Shown piece by piece: positions 53,351-64,000 of a stretch of 64,000 nt of DNA. The notes beneath the pieces are model-generated. The model worked only from the letters and a program-made list of their open reading frames with translations. It ran no database searches and was not told the DNA's origin. The stretch comes from Eledone cirrhosa (lineage: Eukaryota). The stretch covers positions 22,320,001 to 22,384,000 of the forward strand of contig OZ024765.1 in NCBI GenBank assembly GCA_964016885.1, written 5' to 3'. Position 1 is the stretch's first letter, and the number at the start of each line of letters is the position of its first letter. The translations under genes and the position numbers were made by a program.

Positions 53351-55573
53351 GGGCGGTGGATTGGCAGTATCGGTAGAGGGTCAAATGCCATGCTAGGGTG
53401 GTGGATTGGCAGTATCTGTAGAGGGTCGGACCCCATGGTAGGGTGGTGGATTGGCAGTATCTGTAGAGGCTCGGACGCCATGCTAGGGTGGTGAATTGGC
53501 AGTATCGGTAGAGGCTCGGACGCCATGCTAGGGCGGTGGATTGGCAGTATCGGTAGAGGCTCGGACGCCATGCTAGGGTGGTGGATTGGCAGTATCGGTA
53601 GAGGCTCGGACGCCATGTTAGGGTGGTGGATTGGCAGTATCGGTAGAGGGTTGGACACCATGCTAGGGTGGTGGATTGGCAGTATCGGTAGAGGGTCGGA
53701 CGCCATGCTAGGGCGGTGGATTGGCAGTATCGGTAGAGGCTCGGACGCCATGCTAGGGTGGTGGATTGGCAGTATCGGTAGAGGGTCAGACGCCATGCTA
53801 GGGTGGTGGATTGGCAGTATCGGTAGAGGGTCGGACGCCATGCTAGGGTGGTGGATTGGCAGTATCGGTAGAGGGTCGGACGCCATGCTAGGGTGGTGGA
53901 TAGGCAGTATCGGTAGAGGCTCGGACGCCATGCTAGGGTGGTGGATTGGCAGTATCGGTAGAGGCTCGGACGCCATGCTAGGGTGGTGGATTGGCAGTAT
54001 CGGTAGAGGCTCGGACGCCATGCTAGGGTGGTGGATTGGCAGTATCGGTAGAGGCTCGGACGCCATGCTAGGGTGGTGGATAGGCAGTATCGGTAGAGGC
54101 TCGGACGCCATGCTAGGGTGGTGGATTGGCAGTATCGGTAGAGGCTCGGACGCCATGTTAGGGTGGTGGATTGGCAGTATCGGTAGAGAGTCGGACGCCA
54201 TGCTAGGGCGGTGGATTGGCAGTATCGGTAGAGAGTCGGACGCCATGCTAGGGCAGTGGATTGGCAGTATCAGTAGAGGGTCAGACGCCATGCTAGGGTG
54301 GTGGATTGGCAGTATCGGTAGAGGGTCGGACGCCATGCTAGGGCGGTGGATTGGCAGTATCGGTAGAGAGTCGGACGCCATGCTAGGGCGGTGGATTGGC
54401 AGTATCGGTAGAGAGTCGGACGCCATGCTAGGGCAGTGGATTGGCAGTATCGGTAGAGGGTCAGACGCCATGCTAGGGTGGTGGATTGGCAGTATCGGTA
54501 GAGGGTCAAATGCCATGCTAGGGTGGTGGATTGGCAGTATCGGTAGAGGGTCAGACGCCATGCTAGGGTGGTGGATTGGCAGTATCGGTAGAGGGTCGGA
54601 CGCCATGCTAGGGCGGTGGATTGGCAGTATCGGTAGAGGGTCAGACTCCAAGCTAGGGTGGTGGATTGGCAGTATCGGTAGAGGGTCAAATGCCATGCTA
54701 GGGTGGTGGATTGGCAGTATCGGTAGAGGGTCAGACGCCATGCTAGGGTGGTGGATTGGCAGTATCGGTAGAGGGTCAGACGCCATGCTAGGGTGGTGGA
54801 TTGGCAGTATCGGTAGAGGGTCAAATGCCATGCTAGGGTGGTGGATTGGCAGTATCGGTAGAGGGTCAGACGCCATGCTAGGGTGGTGGATTGGCAGTAT
54901 CGGTAGAGGGTCGGACGCCATGCTAGGGCGGTGGATTGGCAGTATCGGTAGAGGGTCAGACTCCAAGCTAGGGTGGTGGATTGGCAGTATCGGTAGAGGG
55001 TTAAATGCCATGCTAGGGCAGTGGATTGGCAGTATCGGTAGAGGGTCAGACGCCATGCTAGGGCGGTGGATTGGCAGTATCGGTAGAGGGTCGGACGCCA
55101 TGCTAGGGCGGTGGATTGGCAGTATCGGTAGAGGGTCGGACGCCATGCTAGGGTGGTGGATTGGCAGTATCGGTAGAGGGTCAGACGCCATGCTAGGGTG
55201 GTGGATTGGCAGTATCGGTAGAGGCTCGGACGCCATGCTAGGGTGGTGGATTGGCAGTATCGGTAGAGGCTCGGACGCCATGTTAGGGTGGTGGATTGGC
55301 AGTATCGGTAGAGGGTCAGACGCCATGCTAGGGTGGTGGATTGGCAGTATCGGTAGAGGGTCGGACGCCATGCTAGGGCGGTGGATTGGCAGTATCGGTA
55401 GAGGCTCGGACGCCATGCTAGGGTGGTGAATTGGCAGTATCGGTAGAGGGTCGGACGCCATGCTAGGGTGTAGGGTGGTGGATTGGCAGTATCGGTAGAG
55501 GGTCAGACACCATGCTAGGGTGTAGGGTGGTGGATTGGCAGTATCGGTAGAGGGTCAGACACCATGCTAGGGC
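53351..55573 (+). repeat. 45-bp minisatellite (about 49 copies) derived from the 5' end of SINE family 2
   Basis: Unit gggtggtggattggcagtatcggtagagggtcggacgccatgcta equals the SINE head seen at 29323 and 27742. Confidence 0.95.
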
Positions 55574-55604
55574 AGTGGTGGTGGTGGTAGTAGTAGTAGT
55601 AGTG

Positions 55605-55654
<50 letters not shown>

Positions 55655-55883
55655 GGTGGTATGTATTGGGGGGGGAGGCAGTATTAGCCCCAACGACGCC
55701 ACCAAATCATTAATAATTAGGTTGAGTTTCAATTGGTTAATTATTCCTCGTTAATCTCAATTAACATGACATGTACTGACACATAGACATACCCATATGA
55801 ATGTCTGTGGGTGTATATATATATATGTATATATATATATGTGTATATATATGTATGTATATATATATATATGTATATATATG

Positions 55884-55969
<86 letters not shown>

Positions 55970-55973
55970 TATG

Positions 55974-56056
<83 letters not shown>

Positions 56057-56069
56057 GTATATATGTATG

Positions 56070-56102
<33 letters not shown>

Positions 56103-56115
56103 GTATATATATATG

Positions 56116-56165
<50 letters not shown>

Positions 56166-56369
56166 AACGAGTAGGACCCCGACGGCTGAGCTCAAGCTGT
56201 TTCGACAGGCTAATTCTGGACGGCTAAGTCCAGAATTAGCCGTCGAAACGGCTTGAGCTCAGTCATCGGGGTCCTACTCGTTCCTATTACCCACACTACT
56301 ACCCTAAGTATTGAGTACTTTGGTGCGTTATGGTCCACCTGACCTGGTTCTTTACCACATTTCCTTCAT

Positions 56370-56420
<51 letters not shown>

Positions 56421-56448
56421 ATATATGTATATATATGTATATATGTAT

Positions 56449-56488
<40 letters not shown>

Positions 56489-56565
56489 GTATATATATAT
56501 GTATATATATATATGTATATATATATGTATATATATATGTATATATAAATGTATATATATATATG

Positions 56566-56597
<32 letters not shown>

Positions 56598-56599
56598 TG

Positions 56600-56639
<40 letters not shown>

Positions 56640-56640
56640 C

Positions 56641-56757
<117 letters not shown>

Positions 56758-56768
56758 TACATATATAT

Positions 56769-56819
<51 letters not shown>

Positions 56820-56855
56820 TACATATATACATATATATATACATACATACATATA

Positions 56856-56897
<42 letters not shown>

Positions 56898-56909
56898 CAT
56901 ACATATATC

Positions 56910-56942
<33 letters not shown>

Positions 56943-56977
56943 ATACATATATATATATGTATATATATATATAATAA

Positions 56978-57024
<47 letters not shown>

Positions 57025-57628
57025 AAATAAATATATATGTACATATATATACACACACACATAAATACATACATGCACACATACTTATATACACATACAC
57101 ACACATATATATATATACACGTATTAAAAAAACAATGAAATTTTCCTTTACATGCTTCGTTTTATACATACATGTGTGTGTGTGTGTGTGTGTAATTATC
57201 ACCGTCTGAATTTCCCCTGCCTCCAACCTGGTGTCATTTTCAAAAGCATTATTTCAGGATAGTGGCTGGTCACCCAACCCATCTGCATGCATCAGGTTTC
57301 CAGATAAGATCTCTGTCTCCCCCTCTCTCTGCTTGCAAGGGTGGGACGGGAACTGATTCTGGCTTGATTTCTACAGCTGGATGCCCTTCCTAACACCAAC
57401 CTCATTTACAGTGAGTGCTGGGTGCTTTTTTGCCGTGGCACCTCCACGACCACTTTGCAGTGGAATGATAGGGACCCCAGTCCCTATCATCTCATTTCTA
57501 CAGCTGAGTAAACTGGAGCAATGTGAAATAAAGTGTCTTGCTCAAGGACACAACACATCACCTGGTCTGAGAATTGAACTCACAACCTTTTGATTGCAAG
57601 GCCAATGCTCTAACCACTAAGCCATGTG

Positions 57629-57684
<56 letters not shown>

Positions 57685-57694
57685 CATACATACA

Positions 57695-57909
<215 letters not shown>

Positions 57910-58000
57910 GCGCACATCAAAATATATATACATGATGGCGATGACATAGGGCCAAAATCTCTGGCGTTGCAGAGTAATACAGAAGACCTGACTTCCCACG

Positions 58001-59288
58001 ATACAGTGTCTTTCATTAGACATATGGAAATGAAAGGGTTAATGACATAGACAGTGTCTTTCATTAGACATATGGAAATGAAAGGGTTAATGACATAGAC
58101 AGTGTCTTTCATTAGAAATATGGAAATGAAAGGGTTAATGACATACACAGTGTCTTTCATTAGAAATATGGTAATGGAAGGGTTCATGACATAGACAGTG
58201 TCTTACACTAGAAATATGGTAATGAAAGGGTTAATGACATAGACAGTGTCTTTCATTAGATATATGGTAATGAAAGGGTTAATGACATAGACAGTGTCTT
58301 TCATTAGAAATATGGAAATGAAAGGGTTAATGACATAGACAGTGTCTTTCATTAGAAATATGGTAATGAAAGGGTTAATGACATAGATAGTGTCTTTCAT
58401 CAGAAATATGGTAATGAAAGGGTTAATGACATAGACAGTGTCTTTCATTAGAAATATGGGAATGAAAGGGTTAATGACATAGACAGTGTCTTTCATTAGA
58501 AATATGGTAATGAAAGGGTTAATGACATAGACAGTGTCTTTCATTAGAAATATGGTAATGAAAGGGTTAATGACATAGACAGTGTCTTTCATTAGAAATA
58601 TGGTAATGAAAGGGTTAATGACATAGACAGTGTCTTTCATTAGAAATATGGTAATGAAAGGGTTAAAGACATAGACAGTGTCTTTCATTAGAAATATGGT
58701 AATGAAAGGGTTAAAGACATAGACAGTGTCTTTCATTAGAAATATGGTAATGAAAGGGTTAATGACATAGACAGTGTCTTTCATTAGAAATATGGTAATG
58801 AAAGGGTTAATGACATAGACACTGTCTTTCATTAGAAATATGGTAATGAAAGGGTTAATGACATAGACAGTGTCTTTCATCAGAAATATGGTAATGAAAG
58901 GGTTAATGATATAGACACTGTCTTTCATTAGAAATATGGTAATGAAAGGGTTAAAGACATAAACAGTGTCTTTCATTAGATATATGGTAATGAAAGGGTT
59001 AATGACATAGACAGTGTCTTTCATCAGAAATATGGTAATGAAAGGGTTAATGACATAGACAGTGTCTTACATTAGAAATATGGTAATGAAAGGGTTAATG
59101 ACATAGACAGTGTCTTTCATTAGAAATATGGTAATGAAAGGGTTAATGACATAGACAGTGTCTTTCATTAGAAATATGGCAATGAAAGGGTTAATGACAT
59201 AGACAGTGTCTTTCATTAGAAATATGGTAATGGAAGGGTTAATGACATACACAGTGTCTTTCATTAGAAACATGGTAATGAAAGGGTT
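58001..59288. repeat. 48-bp minisatellite, about 27 copies
   Basis: Unit gacagtgtctttcattagaaatatggtaatgaaagggttaatgacata. Confidence 0.97.
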
Positions 59289-59536
59289 ATGGTTATGTAT
59301 GTAATATGTGGTGTGGTAAATAAGTAAATAGATAAATAAATATATATATACACACATACCAGGTCTGACCACAAAGGAACGAAACTCCCACTGTCTCCAT
59401 CTCTCCTGCTATATCTCTCAGAATGGAGAAGGTTTTAGCCCAGATGATGGTTGGAAGAGATTCGTTGGATGAGTAATTTCAACTTAACCTAATAACTTCT
59501 GTTTTCTTTTGTCTGTGATGTGTGTCTGGTATACAG

Positions 59537-59681
59537 GTGACCCACCATAACCACGGCCCTGCCACCATATTGAAGGCCAGACAGTCCATACTCCATGCCA
59601 GGACATTGAGGCTGCAGTCATACAATAATTATCTTCGACATTTCAAGTTGAGAACTCCCAAAACATTTATTGAAATGACAG
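59537..59681 (+). CDS. PTGS-like: COX-like exon 9 (VTHHNHGPATILKARQSILHARTLRLQSYNNYLRHFKLRTPKTFIEMT)
   Basis: atacag| acceptor and |gtaaga donor. R.LRLQSYNNY..HF.L....TFIEMTG matches PTGS R.MKYQSFNEYRKRF.L...SFEELTG. Phase 0-1. Confidence 0.93.
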
Positions 59682-59852
59682 GTAAGACAGCCCCTTCTCA
59701 TTTGACTCTTCCCTGCCCCCCCCTCTCTCTATCTCTTTCTCTCAATCTCTTTCCCATAATCTCTCACACAGTCACTCTCTCTCCCCACCTCTCACCTTCC
59801 ACATCACTCTCACTCCCTCTCTGACCCTCCTCTCTCTCAGTGTATATATACG

Positions 59853-59925
<73 letters not shown>

Positions 59926-60041
59926 TTATTAAAATAACAGATTAAAGTTTAAGCAAAGAATCGCTGCTTTCACCCTTAACGTATATATATGTATATATAT
60001 ATGTATATATATATATATATATGTATGTATATATATATATG

Positions 60042-60075
<34 letters not shown>

Positions 60076-60095
60076 TGTATGTATATATATATATG

Positions 60096-60129
<34 letters not shown>

Positions 60130-60159
60130 TATGTATGTATATATATATGTATATATATG

Positions 60160-60401
<242 letters not shown>

Positions 60402-60625
60402 ATATAAGATCAAAAGATGGTTAAAGGAGTTCCATGTATTTTATTATGCGCATTTCAAAAACAAACATCATCATGCAATAATATTTGTGTTTTCATCAGA
60501 TAAAACAGGAGAACATGATATGAAGGCTAAAGAACACTTGTGGATAGTGCAGTTTTAAATCAAGATATGTTGATTTAAAACTGCACTATCCACAAGTGTT
60601 CTTTAGCCTTCATATCATGTTCTCC

Positions 60626-60696
60626 TGTTTTATCTGATGAAAACACAAATATTATTGCATGATGATGTTTGTTTTTGAAATGCGCATAATAAAATA
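60626..60696 (+). ncRNA. Minimal type-I hammerhead ribozyme motif (inverted copy at 60437..60507 on - strand), within palindromic insert 60404-60820
   Basis: Same sequence as the 24736..24806 motif. The surrounding insert is nearly identical to 24530-24930. Confidence 0.75.
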
Positions 60697-60817
60697 CATG
60701 GAACTCCTTTAACCATCTTTTGTTCTTATATTATGTATACTCCAGTCCTACAAACTGTAGAGTGCTTCTTATCCGATATCTGCATTGCTTTATTGTACTA
60801 CAATAAAACTCACCTCC

Positions 60818-60895
<78 letters not shown>

Positions 60896-61490
60896 CTGGG
60901 CGAAAATCATGGGCAGAGGTGGTGAGAACTGACCTCAGATTGCCGAAGCTCACGGAGGAGATGACGAAGGACCGTGACAAATAGAGAGATGCTGTGCTGC
61001 AAGCATGGAAAAGCAGACGTAAAATGATGTTGACGATGATGATGATAATTATATATATATATATATAAGGGTTCCCTCCCTTGCTAGACCCCACGTGGAT
61101 TTAGAAACGGGTTCCCTTGTATATTTGAACTAAACGCCTGTTGAAAAAGTGGTTTCCTCGTTCATCATATTGCCAGAAGCCAGATATTCTTTATGTAGGC
61201 TGACGGTAACTGATGTAGGAGCCGCAGAAACCCAAATGCTGGAATTTACCATCTTTCCAGGGGGTCCGGGTAAATTTTTCATTGATATATATTTTTATTT
61301 GACTGACCCGAATTTTCCTGGTCGTATTTTCGGCTGTGCGAATGATTGTTTAAGCATCGTCTCAGTGTGTTGGTATTTAAATGTTAGTTATAGCTCTGGT
61401 TTATCCAAACTATTGAGCACTTTGCCACACATTTCGAAGATTGTGTTTCGTTATTTCGTGGGCCGAGGTTCCGATTCTCGATAATTTATT

Positions 61491-61529
<39 letters not shown>

Positions 61530-61702
61530 ATATTTAGGGAGGGTCATATTGTTATAATATTGCCAGAAATAATAATAGAACACACTCACTGTTTGGTTTG
61601 GGTTAGTTTTATATCTCCATAATTAATTTATTTGGCAATCAATGTTTATCATTGACTGACCAATGGTTAAAAATACAGATATAAATATAAATATATATAT
61701 AT

Positions 61703-62044
61703 GGAGGCACATGGCTTAGTGGTTAGAGCATTAGGCTTGCAATCGAAAGGTTGTGAGTTCAATTCTCAGACCGGGTGATGTGTTGTTTCCTTGAGCAAGA
61801 CACTTTATTTCACATTGCTCCAGTTTACTCAGCTGTAGAAATGAGATGATAGGGACTGGGGTCCCTATCATTCCACTGCAAAGTGGTAGTGGAGGTGCCA
61901 CGGCACAAACGCACCCAGCACTCACTGTAAATGAGGTTGGTGTTAGGAAGGGCATCCAGCTGTAGAAATCAAGCCAGAATCAGTTCCCGTCCCACCCTTG
62001 CAAGCAGGGAAAAGCGGACGTAAAATGATGATGATGATGATGAT
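61703..62044 (+). mobile_element. Full-length tRNA-derived SINE family 1
   Basis: ggaggcacaTGGCTTAGTGGttagagc...GAGTTCAATTC...RTE-like tail and (GAT)n. Confidence 0.9.
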
Positions 62045-62220
62045 ATATGAATTATTTCCGTAGGAAAGGTAAAGGAAAGGAGAGTGCTCTATGTATGCTA
62101 CAGAGCTATTTAATTATGTAATAAACATCATAAGACAATTATTCCATTTACCAAAGGTTTCACGAAGACAGACGAGCTCAACAGAGACGTCTGAAATCAC
62201 TCATCAGAATGAAAATTTAA

Positions 62221-62289
62221 TCATTCTGATGAGTGATATCAGACGTCTCTGTTGAGCTCGTCTGTCTTCGTGAAACCTTTGGTAAATGG
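62221..62289 (+). ncRNA. Hammerhead ribozyme motif (inverted copy at about 62143-62212 on - strand) in a palindrome of about 210 bp
   Basis: tcatt-CTGATGA-gtgatatcagacg...cgtctgtcttcgt-GAAA-CC-ttt-GG-TA-aatgg. 5-bp stem I, GUA triplet, stem II with an internal loop. Confidence 0.6.
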
Positions 62290-62542
62290 AATAATTGTCT
62301 TATGATGTTTATTACATAGACTATATATATATATATGGTGCCCCAGCATGGCCTCAGCCGGATGGCTGAAACAGGTAAAAGAATTTAATTATCAAAGTTC
62401 TTTCGTCACACACCTGTGACATCATCAGTGGTACTATTATGTTTCCTCCTGTTGTATTGTGATATATATATATATCCTGAATAGTTTTTTTCCTTCTATT
62501 TATCTAATTTCCATATCTCTATCTTTATGTTACTTTATCCAG

Positions 62543-62931
62543 GTGACTGGGAGACAGCGAAGGAACTGGAGGAGCTGTATGGAGATGTGGAAGCCGTGGA
62601 GTTCCTTGTGGGCGTGATCTGTTCACGGAGGGCTTACCACGCCATGTTCAACCTGATGGTACAGGAGGCCGGGGCCCTTCTCTCCCTGCAGAGCCTCCAA
62701 GCCAGCTTGCTCTACATGAAGGCTAGGGGCTTGCTCGTTAACTATGGCAGCTCCGTTGTCCACAGAATGGTTAATACTGCCAGCTATCACAGCTTGATCT
62801 GCAACAACATCAACCAGTCATGTCCCCTCGTCAGTTTACAAGTCCCTTGGTGGGATATTTACAACGAAGAAGCTTTCAACATGTCAGAAAAAGATGCAGA
62901 AGAGATTGGCTGCGAAATGAGTGAATTCTGA
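62543..62931 (+). CDS. PTGS-like: COX-like exon 10, terminal ([21 protein letters not shown]...[11 protein letters not shown]...[18 protein letters not shown]...MSEF*), containing the Ser530 equivalent
   Basis: tttatccag| acceptor. Contains [19 protein letters not shown] (PTGS GAPFSL) and NTAS..SLICNN...CP. Stop TGA at 62929-62931. All ten exons sum to 1767 nt (588 aa plus stop). Confidence 0.95.
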
Positions 62932-63045
62932 ACTGTGAACATTCCTAATTGTATAATTATATAATATGTGTGGGTGTGTATATACATATATATACATACC
63001 CCCCCCCCATATATATATATGATATATAATATATATATATATATA

Positions 63046-63092
<47 letters not shown>

Positions 63093-63116
63093 GTGTATAT
63101 ATATATATATATGTAT

Positions 63117-63174
<58 letters not shown>

Positions 63175-63441
63175 ATATATATATATATATATGTATGTAT
63201 GTGTATATATATATATATGCATGTATGTGTGTGTGTATATACATATATATGTATATATATGTATGTATGTGTATATATATATATATATATGTATGTATGT
63301 GTATATATATATATGTATGTATATATATATATGTATGTATGTATGTGTATATATATATATATATATGTATGTATATATATGTGTATATATATATATATAT
63401 GTAAATATATGTATATATATATGTATGTTTATATTTATACA

Positions 63442-63505
<64 letters not shown>

Positions 63506-63509
<4 letters not shown>

Positions 63510-63558
63510 TTAAAGGGGTATATATAGACTTGCAATTTTATATATATATATATATATA

Positions 63559-63631
<73 letters not shown>

Positions 63632-63909
63632 AAAGAATAGAGGTGTAACACACAAGTTATTATATATTGGTAAACGGAATAGAAAATGCTGACAAATTGT
63701 TCACAGTTGAAAAATGGTTTAATTAGGAATAAAAGAGTATTAGTGATTGTATGGGTTAGTATTCAGTTGTGGTTTTAAGTTTTTAAGTTTTTCCGGTTGC
63801 GCATTTCTAAATGCTTTTCAAAAATAATTTTGAGACAGAGTGTCCGTGCTGTTTGCTCTGATTCCGTTTACCAATATATAATAACTTGTGTGTTACACCT
63901 CTATTCTTT

Positions 63910-63954
<45 letters not shown>

Positions 63955-63983
63955 GCAAGTCTATATATACCCCTTTAAATTTA
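63506..63983. mobile_element. Small inverted-repeat element
   Basis: aaatttaaaggggtatatatagacttgcaatttta at 63506 and its reverse complement at about 63948-63983, both embedded in (TA)n. Confidence 0.55.
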
Positions 63984-64000
63984 TATATATATATATATAT

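Noticed and set aside
53167-55461. 764-aa (-) and 634-aa (+) repeat proteins
   Set aside because: Artefact of a 45-bp SINE-head minisatellite inside an intron.
61050-61490. Possible coding fragment (111-aa ORF, moderately GC-rich); similar unexplained island at 46600-46980
   Set aside because: No recognisable motif on either strand. Probably degraded TE sequence, which cannot be assigned without a database search.
61703-61780. tRNA gene
   Set aside because: A and B boxes are present, but the sequence continues into a SINE body and tail found in four copies. No complete cloverleaf acceptor stem.

Overview
This is AT-rich, microsatellite-saturated eukaryotic DNA. The (AT)n/(GAT)n tracts, RTE LINEs with a PHD-like insert and tRNA-derived SINEs suggest an octopus or other coleoid cephalopod (inference). 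The one host gene is a complete, in-frame, 10-coding-exon cyclooxygenase (prostaglandin G/H synthase)-like gene on the + strand, 25096..62931, 1767 nt, 588 aa. A possible extra short first exon lies at 10843..10873. It keeps the vertebrate PTGS domain order, intron phases, both heme histidines, Arg120, Tyr355 and Ser530. However, the catalytic Tyr385 is Leu, Gln203 is Asp and Gly533 is Ser (ovine COX-1 numbering, aligned by eye), so it looks like an intact COX that cannot run cyclooxygenase chemistry. Introns and flanks hold RTE, CRE and CR1-type LINE pieces, two SINE families and two non-autonomous Helitron copies. There is also an 8.4-kb TGT...ACA TIR element filled with a 40-bp satellite, many TE-derived minisatellites, and many palindromic Penelope-type inserts carrying minimal hammerhead-ribozyme motifs. 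Most ORFs in the supplied track are microsatellite artefacts.
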